Position numbers and translations under genes: made by a program. Shown piece after piece: positions 51,575-59,755 of a stretch of 63,911 nt of DNA (positions are counted from its first letter, which is position 1; each line of letters opens with the position of its first letter). The stretch is from Gaiellaceae bacterium (GTDB taxonomy: Bacteria; Actinomycetota; Thermoleophilia; Gaiellales; Gaiellaceae), in the NCBI GenBank assembly GCA_036518855.1, contig DATDMJ010000109.1:1-63911 (forward strand), written 5' to 3'. The notes below the pieces were generated by a model. That model did no database searches and was not told where the DNA came from. It was given only the letters and a program-made list of their open reading frames with translations.

Positions 51575-52759
51575 ATGGGCACGGTTCCGGAGACAACGGT
51601 CGAGTCAGGGATCTCCTTCGCGCTGACGGAGGAGCAGCGTGCCCTGCGCGACCTCGCGCACGAGTTCGCGGAGAAGGAGATCCGTCCGAAGGCCGCCGAG
51701 TACGACGAGCAGCAGACTCATCCGGCCGACGTGATCGCGAAGGCGCACGAGGTCGGCCTGATGAACCCGCACATCCCGGAGGAGCTGGGCGGTGCGGGCC
51801 TCGGAGGGTTCGAGGGCGTGCTGATCGGCGAGGAGCTCTGTTGGGGCTGCTCGGGGATCGGGACGTCGATCGTGGCGAACATCCTCGGCGCCCTGCCGGT
51901 CCTGCTCGCCGGCACGGACGAACAGCAGCGCGAGTGGCTCGTGCCGCTCCTCGAGGAGCCGGTCCTCTGCTCCTTCGGGCTGACGGAGCCCAACGCCGGC
52001 TCGGACGTCTCGGGGATCCAGACGACGGCGGTCCGCTCCGGCGACGAGTACGTGATCAACGGGTCGAAGATGTTCATCACCAACGCGGGCCACGCCTCGT
52101 GGCTCACGGTGTTCGCCTCGACCGACAGGGACGCGGGGCATCGCGGGCTGACGGCGTTCGTGGTTCCGACCGGTGCCGACGGCGTCACGATCGAGAAGCA
52201 CCTCGACAAGATGGGCCAGCGGGCGACGGACACCTCGGCGATCGCGTTCCAGGACGTTCGCGTTCCCGTGGCGGACCGGCTCGGCGAGGAGGGCGAGGGG
52301 TTCAAGATCGCGATGCGGACGCTCGATCACACGCGGCCGGGCACTGCCTCGGGCGCGGTCGGCGTCGCGCGCGCGGCGTTCGAGCACGCGGTGGAGTACT
52401 CGCGCGAGCGGGTGCAGTTCGGCCAGCCGATCGCGATGAACCAGGGCGTGAACTTCCTGGTCGCGGACATGGCCGCGGAAATCGAGGCGGCGAGGCTGCT
52501 CTGTTGGCAGGCCGCGTGGCTCCTCGACCAGGGGCAACGGGCGACGCTGCAGTCGTCGTACGCGAAACGGTTCGCGGCGGACACGGCGATGAAGGTGACG
52601 ACCGATGCCGTGCAGGTGTTCGGCGGCTACGGCTACATCAAGGAGTTCCCGGTCGAGAAGCTCATGCGAGACGCGAAGCTGTTCCAGATCTACGAGGGGA
52701 CCTCGCAGATCCAGCGCCTCGTGATCGCCCGCGAGATCTTCCTCCCGCGCGGCGACTGA
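51575..52759 (+). CDS. Acyl-CoA dehydrogenase (short/medium-chain type)
   Basis: 394 aa; GLTEPNAGSD, ...GGYGYIKEFPVEKLMRDAKLFQIYEGTSQIQ; AAGGAG Shine-Dalgarno sequence. Confidence 0.95.
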   Translation: MGTVPETTVESGISFALTEEQRALRDLAHEFAEKEIRPKAAEYDEQQTHPADVIAKAHEVGLMNPHIPEELGGAGLGGFEGVLIGEELCWGCSGIGTSIVANILGALPVLLAGTDEQQREWLVPLLEEPVLCSFGLTEPNAGSDVSGIQTTAVRSGDEYVINGSKMFITNAGHASWLTVFASTDRDAGHRGLTAFVVPTGADGVTIEKHLDKMGQRATDTSAIAFQDVRVPVADRLGEEGEGFKIAMRTLDHTRPGTASGAVGVARAAFEHAVEYSRERVQFGQPIAMNQGVNFLVADMAAEIEAARLLCWQAAWLLDQGQRATLQSSYAKRFAADTAMKVTTDAVQVFGGYGYIKEFPVEKLMRDAKLFQIYEGTSQIQRLVIAREIFLPRGD

Positions 52760-52825
52760 AGCTCCCGTCACCAGCATTTTCCGACCCCGCTGGGGCACCC
52801 CTAACCCACCACCCGGTGGCGATGC

Positions 52826-52879
52826 TATCGGGGAAATCGTCACGAGAGTCTCACGAGTTTGGGTCGGATGCGTGACGAA
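52826..52879 (+). promoter_or_regulatory. TATCGGGGAAA box plus four 11-bp-phased GTSACGAR-type repeats upstream/at 5' end of vanW-like gene
   Basis: TATCGGGGAAA 52826-36; GTCACGAG 52839-46; CTCACGAG 52850-57; degenerate GGGTCGGA 52861-68; GTGACGAA 52872-79. Confidence 0.5.
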
Positions 52880-54856
52880 TTGTCCACGGGCCGTTCCGCT
52901 CGCGACCGTTTTGGCCCGGCCCGCTTCGTGACGGCACCACAATCGTCCGGGAGGGCCTCCGAACGCCCTATCCAAGCCGGTCACGCCGTTAGACTCCGTG
53001 CCTTGCGCGTGGAAGCAGGCACCGGCGCGGTCCGGGTCAGGAAGCGTCGCCGAGCGAAGGCACGGAGGCTTCTGGCCCAGCGCCTGCTTGCGCTGACTGC
53101 AGTCATCGTCGTCGCCGGCGTCGTGCTGGGGTTCGTCTTCGCCGGCTCGCCCGACCGGATCGCCGACGGCGTGACCGTCGCGGGCGTGGACGTCGGCGGG
53201 CTCACGGCGGGCGAGGCGACCGCCAAGCTCGAGGCGCGCGCCAGGTCGGTGCAGAACGTGCCCGTGGTCTTCACCGCCGGCGGGCACCGCTGGCGACTTC
53301 GCCCGGGCAACCTCGGCGTCGAGGCCGAGTGGGCCGCGGCCGTCAAGCTCGCGCAGCAGCACGGTGACGGCTTCGGGCCGTTCCGCGGCTTCCGCCGGCT
53401 CGGTGTGCGCGTGTTCGGCGCGGACGTCACGCCGCCGACCCGGGTCTGGGAGCGCGCGCTGAACTACGAGCTGACGCGGATGAGCCGAGCGGTCGGCAGC
53501 CCTCACCGCGACGCGGCGATCGTCCTGCGCGGGCTCCGGCCCGCGGTCGTTGCGGGACGGACCGGGCACGGCCTCGACCGCGCGGCCGCGGCGGCCGCGA
53601 TCGTCCAGGCGCTCGCCGGCTTCGAACGCGGCAGCCCGGTCACGCTTCCCGTCCGGCTCGACCCCCCAAAGGTCTCAACGGCCGACTTGACACCCGTCCT
53701 CGCGCAGGTGCGCACCGCGGTCTCGGGCCGGATCCGGATGAGCCTCGGCGGTTCCTCCTGGTGGCTCTGGCCGGGCCAGGTCGCGAGACTGCTCGCCCTG
53801 CCGCACGGCGGCACGAGCTCGCTCGCGATCGGCGGGCCGGCGGCCGACCGCTACTTCAAGCAGCTTGGCCGCGGGATCGGCAGGCCGCCCCGTGATGCGA
53901 CCTTCCGCGTTGTCGACAGCGGCCGCGCCTTCGTCGTCCCGTCGCGTCCGGGGCGCGTCATCGACGTCCCCGCGACCCGCCGCAGCATCCTCGCGGCCGC
54001 GCTGTCACCGACCGCGCGGAGAGCCCGCGTGATCGTGACGACGCAGGACGCGAAGCGCACGACCGACCAGGTCCGCGCGATGGGCATCACGACCCGGATC
54101 AGCCGCTACGAGACGATCTACGGCGGCGACCCGAACCGGATCCACAACGTGCAGCTCGTGGCCCGCCTGATCGACGGCAAGCTGATCGCGCCCGGCGCGA
54201 CCTTCTCGTTCAACCACGCGACCGGAGCGCGCACGGCGAGCAAGGGCTTCCTCGAGGCGCCCGTGATCATCAACGGCGAGGTCACGACCGGTCTGGGCGG
54301 CGGCGTCTGCCAGGTCTCGACAACGGTCTTCAATGCCGCGTACGAGGCGGGCCTGAACATCACCCAGCGCACCAACCACGCGCTCTACATCAGCCACTAC
54401 CCGCAGGGCCGGGACGCGACGGTCGACTACCCGGACGTCGACCTGAAGTTCGTCAACGACACCCCGCACTGGCTCCTGCTGCGGACATTCGTCGGCTCGT
54501 ACTCGCTGGTCGTCGACCTCTACGGCGCACCGATCCACCGGCGCGTGGTCAGCGAGACCCGGCCGCTCGTGGAGACGGGCCCGCCGCCGATCAAGCGCGT
54601 GCCCGACCCGTCGCTCTTCAAGGGCGAGACGGTCATCCAGGACAGCGGCGAGCCGTCACGCTCGACCAGCGTGCGCCGGCTCGTCTACCTGCCCTCGGGG
54701 AAGCTGCTCTACGACAACACCTGGTACTCGTCCTACCGCGGCGAGGACCGGGTCGTGCTCTACGGGACGAAGAGCCGGCCCGCACCGCCCCCGAAGAAGA
54801 AGAAGGGCCCGAGCGGCCCCAGCGGGCCGACCGGCCCTACCGGCGCTCAGCAGTAG
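52859..54856 (+). CDS. VanW-family protein (membrane-anchored, PG-binding-like + VanW domains)
   Basis: 665-aa ORF; basic stretch plus TM (RKRRRAKARRLLAQRLLALTAVIVVAGVVLGFV). VanW core ...NIHNVQLVARLIDGKLIAPGATFSFN...GGGVCQVSTTVFNAAYEAGL...H. Tail PPPKKKKGPSGPSGPTGPTGAQQ. The true start may be GTG 52928 or 53009. Confidence 0.85.
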   Translation: MGRMRDELSTGRSARDRFGPARFVTAPQSSGRASERPIQAGHAVRLRALRVEAGTGAVRVRKRRRAKARRLLAQRLLALTAVIVVAGVVLGFVFAGSPDRIADGVTVAGVDVGGLTAGEATAKLEARARSVQNVPVVFTAGGHRWRLRPGNLGVEAEWAAAVKLAQQHGDGFGPFRGFRRLGVRVFGADVTPPTRVWERALNYELTRMSRAVGSPHRDAAIVLRGLRPAVVAGRTGHGLDRAAAAAAIVQALAGFERGSPVTLPVRLDPPKVSTADLTPVLAQVRTAVSGRIRMSLGGSSWWLWPGQVARLLALPHGGTSSLAIGGPAADRYFKQLGRGIGRPPRDATFRVVDSGRAFVVPSRPGRVIDVPATRRSILAAALSPTARRARVIVTTQDAKRTTDQVRAMGITTRISRYETIYGGDPNRIHNVQLVARLIDGKLIAPGATFSFNHATGARTASKGFLEAPVIINGEVTTGLGGGVCQVSTTVFNAAYEAGLNITQRTNHALYISHYPQGRDATVDYPDVDLKFVNDTPHWLLLRTFVGSYSLVVDLYGAPIHRRVVSETRPLVETGPPPIKRVPDPSLFKGETVIQDSGEPSRSTSVRRLVYLPSGKLLYDNTWYSSYRGEDRVVLYGTKSRPAPPPKKKKGPSGPSGPTGPTGAQQ

Positions 54857-55247
54857 CGATCTCTTCGACCAGCCACGCGGGGACGCGCGTCGGGCGGTGA
54901 GTCTGCGCGTCGACGCAGGCGTGCAGCGTCCAGCCGTCGGCCAGGGGCCGGCCGTCGTGCTCGACGCCATAGTCGAAGCGGAAGCGGGCGCCTCGCGGCT
55001 CACCGACGGAGCAGCGGATCGTGAGGTGGTCGTCGAACCGGGCCGGTTCGAGGTATCGGACGTGAACCTCCGTCGTGAGCGCCTCGATTCCCTCCGCTCG
55101 CAGCTCCGAGTACCCACCGCGGAACCGTGCGAGGTAGTCGATCCGCGCGACCTCGAACCAGACCAGGTACGCGGCGTGGTGCGCGACGCCCTGCGCGTCG
55201 GTCTCGGCGAAGCGCACCCGCACCTCGGTCTCGAAGCTGAAGTCCAC
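54837..55247 (-). CDS. Acyl-CoA thioesterase, 4HBT/YbgC family
   Basis: 136 aa; VRVRFAETDAQGVAHHAAYLVWFEVAR hotdog-fold motif. Confidence 0.88.
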   Translation of the reverse strand: MDFSFETEVRVRFAETDAQGVAHHAAYLVWFEVARIDYLARFRGGYSELRAEGIEALTTEVHVRYLEPARFDDHLTIRCSVGEPRGARFRFDYGVEHDGRPLADGWTLHACVDAQTHRPTRVPAWLVEEIATAERR

Positions 55248-55269
55248 GCGTGAACTCTACGATCGAGCC

Positions 55270-56019
55270 TTGAGCGCGGAGGCACTCGCGGAGCTGATCC
55301 GGCGGCGTCAGCCGTGCGTGGTCCTGACCGGTGCGGGCGTGAGCACCGAGAGCGGCATTCCCGACTTTCGCTCGCCGGGCGGGCTCTGGGCGCAGTTCGA
55401 TCCGCTCGAGTACGGCTCGATCGAGGCCTTCCGCCGCGACCCGCGCAAGGTCTGGAGCTTCTACAAGCCGCGCATCTCGATGCTGACCGAGGCCGAGCCG
55501 AACCCGGCGCACACTGCGTTGGCCGAGCTCGAGCAGCTGGGACTGCTGGAGGCCGTCGTGACGCAGAACATCGACCTGCTGCACGAGCGCGCGGGGAGCA
55601 GGGTGGTCGTCGAGGTCCACGGCTCGATCCGCACCGCGACCTGCCTCGGCTGCGGGCGTAGCTACGAGCTCGAGCGCGTGCTCGAGCTGCTCGCCGAAGC
55701 CGAGGCGCCCGAGTGCACGGACTGCGGCGAGCTCCTCAAGCCAGACGTTGTCTTCTTCGGCGAGCTCCTTCCAACCGCCGCAATCGGCCGCGCGTACGAG
55801 CTCGCGCGCCGTGCGCGCCTGCTCCTGGTGGTGGGCTCGGCGCTCGAGGTCCACCCGGTGGCGGGCCTGCCGCTGGAGACGATCGGGACCGGAGGTGAGC
55901 TCGCGATCGTCAACCGCGGGCCAACCGCGTTCGACGCGCAAGCCTCGCTGAAGATCGACGCGAGCGCCGGAGAGGTTCTGTCTCAGGTTGTCGACGAGCT
56001 CAGGCCGCGGCGCGCTTGA
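55270..56019 (+). CDS. cobB: NAD-dependent protein deacylase (Sir2/CobB family)
   Basis: 249 aa; GAGVSTESGIPDFR, TQNIDLLH, zinc ribbon CLGCG...CTDCG, VVGSALEV. Confidence 0.93.
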   Translation: MSAEALAELIRRRQPCVVLTGAGVSTESGIPDFRSPGGLWAQFDPLEYGSIEAFRRDPRKVWSFYKPRISMLTEAEPNPAHTALAELEQLGLLEAVVTQNIDLLHERAGSRVVVEVHGSIRTATCLGCGRSYELERVLELLAEAEAPECTDCGELLKPDVVFFGELLPTAAIGRAYELARRARLLLVVGSALEVHPVAGLPLETIGTGGELAIVNRGPTAFDAQASLKIDASAGEVLSQVVDELRPRRA

Positions 56020-56167
56020 GCGGGCGCTCCTCGAGCACCTGCCGGCAGTCCACGCAGACGGTCCGCTCGACCTCGTACGGGACGCCGAGGCGCTGACCCA
56101 TGACGTAGGTGCGGACGGCCCGGTGGGAGTGGGCGCGCTTGCGATTGATGGAGAAGAGTTGCGACAT
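56000..56167 (-). CDS. Small hypothetical protein (55 aa)
   Basis: ATG 56167 preceded by GAGGA. MSQLFSINRKRAHSHRAVRTYVMGQRLGVPYEVERTVCVDCRQVLEERPLKRAAA; high GC3. 3' end overlaps the cobB end by 20 nt. The ORF track extends it to 56215. Confidence 0.45.
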   Translation of the reverse strand: MSQLFSINRKRAHSHRAVRTYVMGQRLGVPYEVERTVCVDCRQVLEERPLKRAAA

Positions 56168-56219
56168 CGTCCTCGGACTCAGCGTAGCGATGGGTTCGGA
56201 AGCTACGACGCTCAAAAGG

Positions 56220-56246
56220 GTGACGAAGTTGTGACGAATTCGTGAC
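56220..56246 (+). promoter_or_regulatory. Three 11-bp-phased direct repeats GTGACGAA-gtt-GTGACGAA-ttc-GTGAC at the 5' end of the L,D-transpeptidase gene
   Basis: GTGACGAA 56220-27 and 56231-38, GTGAC 56242-46. Same architecture as 61362-61388. Confidence 0.5.
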
Positions 56247-57027
56247 TGTCTCTAAGCTGATCCAGGTGCGTCATCGGCTCGTCCTCGGGCTTGTTCTGGT
56301 GCCGATCGGGGGTCTCCTGGCCGGGTGCGGCTCGACCGCTGCCCGAACCTCTGCCGCGCCCGTGCCGCCGGCCCCGACGAAGCACTGCAGTCCCGCCTCG
56401 ACCTCGGTCGGCTCGAAACGGCTGGCCGTCGCCGCGATCGTCCACCTGCGTGCGACCGCCTATCGCCGCCCCGGCCGGAGGCCGTTCGCCCGCTTCGGCC
56501 GCCTGAACCAGAACGGCTTCCCGACGGTCTTCCGCGTGATCTCGGTCGTCCGCCGGAAGGACTGCACGCCGGCCTGGTACCGGGTCCAGCTCCCGATCAA
56601 GCCGAACGGCGTCGAGGGCTATGTGCGGGCCCGCGCCGTCAAGGTCGGGTCGGTCCGGACGAGGATCGTGGTCCAGGTCTCGAAGCGCCGGCTGACGCTC
56701 TTCCGCCGCGGCCGCCCGGTGCTGCACACGACGGTTGCGGTCGGCTCGAGCGCGACGCCCACGCCCACTGGCAGCTACTACGTCAACCAGCGCCTGATTC
56801 CGACCGACCCGAGCGGGCCCTTCGGTCCGGGCGCGATCGGGATCTCCGCGTTCTCGACCGTCCTCACGGGGTGGACGCAGGGTGGCCCGATCGCGATCCA
56901 CGGGACGAACGAGCCGTGGTCGATCGGCCGCGCCGTCTCGAACGGCTGCATCCGCGTGCGGAACCCGACGCTCCGGCGGCTCTTCGCGGCGACGCCCGCG
57001 GGCACGCCGGTCGTGATCCTCCGTTGA
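56242..57027 (+). CDS. L,D-transpeptidase (YkuD domain) lipoprotein
   Basis: 261-aa ORF; lipobox LLAGC; ...GPIAIHGTNEPWSIGRAVSNGCIRV catalytic His/Cys motif. GTG 56266 (VRHRLVLGLVLVPIGGLLAGC) is a plausible alternative start. Confidence 0.92.
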   Translation: MTVSKLIQVRHRLVLGLVLVPIGGLLAGCGSTAARTSAAPVPPAPTKHCSPASTSVGSKRLAVAAIVHLRATAYRRPGRRPFARFGRLNQNGFPTVFRVISVVRRKDCTPAWYRVQLPIKPNGVEGYVRARAVKVGSVRTRIVVQVSKRRLTLFRRGRPVLHTTVAVGSSATPTPTGSYYVNQRLIPTDPSGPFGPGAIGISAFSTVLTGWTQGGPIAIHGTNEPWSIGRAVSNGCIRVRNPTLRRLFAATPAGTPVVILR

Positions 57028-58502
57028 GGCGCACCGCGGTCGTCGCGGTCGCCGCGGCCCTCACGGCCGGGCTCGCCGCGGCGTTCGCCGCGCTCGCGGG
57101 AGGTCCGGCGCCGACGGGGATCGACCCGCAGCAGGCGGTCGTCGACGGCTGCGGCCGCGACTACTCGGCCCAGGTCAGGCGCGAGATCCCGACCTGGGTC
57201 TACGTGGGCGACCACGACGCACCGGCGACCGGCCCGCCGCCTCCGCAGCAGCGCCTCGAAGGCGTCGTCTCTTCGAAGTACTTCCCCCAGCTCGCTGCCC
57301 ACCCGACCGAGGAGGACCTGCCGACCGTCCACCGGGCCTACGACTTCAACTTCGACGTGCTGCCCGACCCGGCGTACACGGGGCTCGTCGGCGGCGACCC
57401 GGCGGCGCACACCGGCAACTACGAGGGCACCGGCCCGTCGACCGACAGGATTCACGTCGAGCGCGAGCAGACCGCGCTGCCGCGCTTCGCCTGGCCGGTG
57501 CCGGGCGACCGGGTCGCGATGGTCGGCTCCTGGGTCTGGGACTGCGGCCACTGGCTTCCGGGCGGCGAGCGCACGGAGATCCACTCGTACCGCGCCCTCT
57601 GGGTCACGCGGCCTGGTTCCGGCGAGGGCGACCTGGTCATCTCGAACGACAAGACCTACGCCGGCGTCGAGGCCGACTGCGCGCACAAGACCAAGCTCGA
57701 CGCGCCGCTCTTCCAGCGCTGCCTCTCGACGGAGAGCCGCTGGGCGGACGTGCGTGGGACGTACAGCTTCCGGCTGCAGCTTTCCGGGCGGCCCACGCAC
57801 CTGAAGATCCGCGACGCCGGCAGCCAGGGCGGCTCGGCGCGCGTGCACGCGGCGGCGCGCGGGAACGGCGTCGACGTCACCGTGACGGTCACCGGCAACC
57901 CTGCAGGCAGGCTGCTCGTGGCGAAGCGGGTCGTCGCGAGCTGGAAGGGCGCGTCGCGCCCGGAGCATCTGCGCGTCCGCTTCACCCGCCTGCTGGTTCG
58001 CCGCGCGATGGACCCGGGCTGTCCGAACGGCCGGCCGACGTGCGGCTCGAAGGAGACGACGCACGGCGAGCAGGGCTCCGCGCCGCCCGGGGAGTGGAAC
58101 GTCTACGTCGAGGCGGGCGGCCGGTGGGCGGTCTGGGGCAAGGGCCTGCTCCGCACGCACGATGGGCAGCTTTTCCGCCACGGGCCCGTGCTCGACGTCT
58201 TCGTTCCGCGCGGGCGGCCGTTCCGCGTGTTCGCGTTCACGCGCGAGTGCGACTTCGGCTCGTTCGGCAACGCCGACGGCCCGAGCCACGCGATGACGCC
58301 GTGCCCACTCTCGCGCGAGTACGGCAGCTTTGCCGACGGCGACGACCGCCCCGGAGTCGTCGTGAAGCGCTTCGGCTCGCCGGCGGCCGCGCTCGGCTTC
58401 CATCGCGGGCGGCCGATCAGGGCGCTGTCGACCTGCCCGGCCGTGAACCGGCTCGGCTGCTACGAGCTCGACTACCTCGTGACGCGCGTCCCGCCGCGGT
58501 GA
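57024..58502 (+). CDS. Secreted Cys-rich protein of unknown function
   Basis: TTG 57024 overlaps the ldt stop (TTGA). 492 aa; N-terminal hydrophobic segment, multiple Cys residues spread along the sequence, motif GDRVAMVGSWVWDCGHW...TEIHSYRALWV. I recognise no domain. Tail of ORF 56325..58502. Confidence 0.72.
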   Translation: MRRTAVVAVAAALTAGLAAAFAALAGGPAPTGIDPQQAVVDGCGRDYSAQVRREIPTWVYVGDHDAPATGPPPPQQRLEGVVSSKYFPQLAAHPTEEDLPTVHRAYDFNFDVLPDPAYTGLVGGDPAAHTGNYEGTGPSTDRIHVEREQTALPRFAWPVPGDRVAMVGSWVWDCGHWLPGGERTEIHSYRALWVTRPGSGEGDLVISNDKTYAGVEADCAHKTKLDAPLFQRCLSTESRWADVRGTYSFRLQLSGRPTHLKIRDAGSQGGSARVHAAARGNGVDVTVTVTGNPAGRLLVAKRVVASWKGASRPEHLRVRFTRLLVRRAMDPGCPNGRPTCGSKETTHGEQGSAPPGEWNVYVEAGGRWAVWGKGLLRTHDGQLFRHGPVLDVFVPRGRPFRVFAFTRECDFGSFGNADGPSHAMTPCPLSREYGSFADGDDRPGVVVKRFGSPAAALGFHRGRPIRALSTCPAVNRLGCYELDYLVTRVPPR

Positions 58503-58535
58503 ATATTCTCCCCCAAGCGACGAAAGGCGGACCGA

Positions 58536-58850
58536 ATGGCACCACAGAGCAAACCTGATCTCTTCAGCAAGCTGTCCGAGCGCGGCGAGGACGTGGTCGG
58601 GAAGATCTCCGACATGCCCGCGGCCCAGCGAATCTTCGACGCGGGGATGCAGCTCAAAGCCCGCGTGGACGAGATGCAGAAGAAGATGCGCGGGCTGGAC
58701 GAACTCGAAAAGCGTGTGAAGGCGCTCGAGAAGAAGGTCGACGAGCTCTCGCGCTCCGCGGGCGGGTCGGCGCGGCGGGCGACCGCCAAGCCGAAGACGG
58801 CGAAGCGAACCACCACCCAGGCGAAGAAGAAGCCCCCGGCCGCCCCCTAA
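58536..58850 (+). CDS. Hypothetical coiled-coil protein with Lys/Ala/Thr-rich basic tail
   Basis: 104 aa; ...VDEMQKKMRGLDELEKRVKALEKKVDELS... then RRATAKPKTAKRTTTQAKKKPPAAP. Confidence 0.6.
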   Translation: MAPQSKPDLFSKLSERGEDVVGKISDMPAAQRIFDAGMQLKARVDEMQKKMRGLDELEKRVKALEKKVDELSRSAGGSARRATAKPKTAKRTTTQAKKKPPAAP

Positions 58851-59755
58851 CCCGGGACGCGGAGGCGTAGGGCCTTCGGGACGACCTCGAAGCGGACCGG
58901 CGTGGTTCCCGGCTGCTCGCCGTCGAGCTCGACTGGTAGCGGCTGCGGCGCGTCGACTTCGACCGCGGCACCGCGCAGCAGCTCCGCCTTCGGGTGCGGC
59001 AGATGCCGTCCGCGGTAGGTCTTCGGCAGGGTGAAGAGGAGATCGCGCTTCGTCAGGTCGCCGATCAGGAGCACGTCGAAGAGGCCGTCGCCCGGGTCCG
59101 CCTCGGGGCAGATCATCATCCCGCCGCCGAAGAAGCGTCCGTTCGCCACGACGACATCGTGCATACGGCCTTCGCGGCGCTCGCCGTCGACGGTCACGAG
59201 CACGTCGTCGTTCCGCCAGCGCGCGAACACCGTGACCGTGGCCCAGAGATACGAGACCTTCCCGCCCAGTGCCTTGGACGCTTCGTTTGCGCGCTTGGCG
59301 ATCGCGCCGCTCATGCCCGCGCTCGCGATGTTCGCGAAGTACGACTGCTCCTCGCCGCCGGCCCAGGCTCGATAGGAGCCGCGGCCGAGGTCGATGGTGC
59401 GCGCCTGCCCGTCCCGGGCGACTGCGACGGCGTCCTCGAGGCGACGCGGGATCCCGTAAGTGCGGACGAAGTCCCCGCCGGTGCCGCGGGGGATCACCGC
59501 GAGCTCGACGCCCTCGCGGCCCACGAGGCCTTGGGCAACCTCGTTCGCGGTGCCGTCGCCGCCGACCGCGACGACGAGCGAGGCGCCCTCGTCCGCGGCG
59601 TTTGCCGCAAGTTCCCCGAGCTGGCCGGGCCGCTCCGAAAGCAGCGCGTCGCCCGTCAGGCCCAGATTCGCGGCCCGGTGCGCGAGCTCGGGCCAGCGGC
59701 GGCCGACCGACCCGCCCTCGGCGGCCGGGTTGACGAGGAAGACGGTCTCGCTAAT
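58847..59755 (-). CDS. Diacylglycerol kinase-family lipid kinase (YegS/BmrU-like); no canonical start codon, candidate ATT start
   Basis: The ORF track starts at GTG 59524. The same frame stays open upstream to TGA 59791-59789 and encodes ISETVFLVNPAAEGGS...LVVAVGGDGTANEV, the conserved N-terminal half. There is no ATG/GTG/TTG in that interval; ATT at 59755 overlaps the deoD stop. Confidence 0.75.
   Translation of the reverse strand: MSETVFLVNPAAEGGSVGRRWPELAHRAANLGLTGDALLSERPGQLGELAANAADEGASLVVAVGGDGTANEVAQGLVGREGVELAVIPRGTGGDFVRTYGIPRRLEDAVAVARDGQARTIDLGRGSYRAWAGGEEQSYFANIASAGMSGAIAKRANEASKALGGKVSYLWATVTVFARWRNDDVLVTVDGERREGRMHDVVVANGRFFGGGMMICPEADPGDGLFDVLLIGDLTKRDLLFTLPKTYRGRHLPHPKAELLRGAAVEVDAPQPLPVELDGEQPGTTPVRFEVVPKALRLRVPG

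Noticed and set aside
55270-56019. SIR2-domain gene as part of an anti-phage system (Thoeris, DSR or SIR2-HerA type)
   Set aside because: It is a short canonical CobB-type sirtuin with an intact Rossmann motif and Cys4 zinc ribbon. It has no fused effector or sensor domain and no partner ATPase, TIR or pAgo genes nearby.
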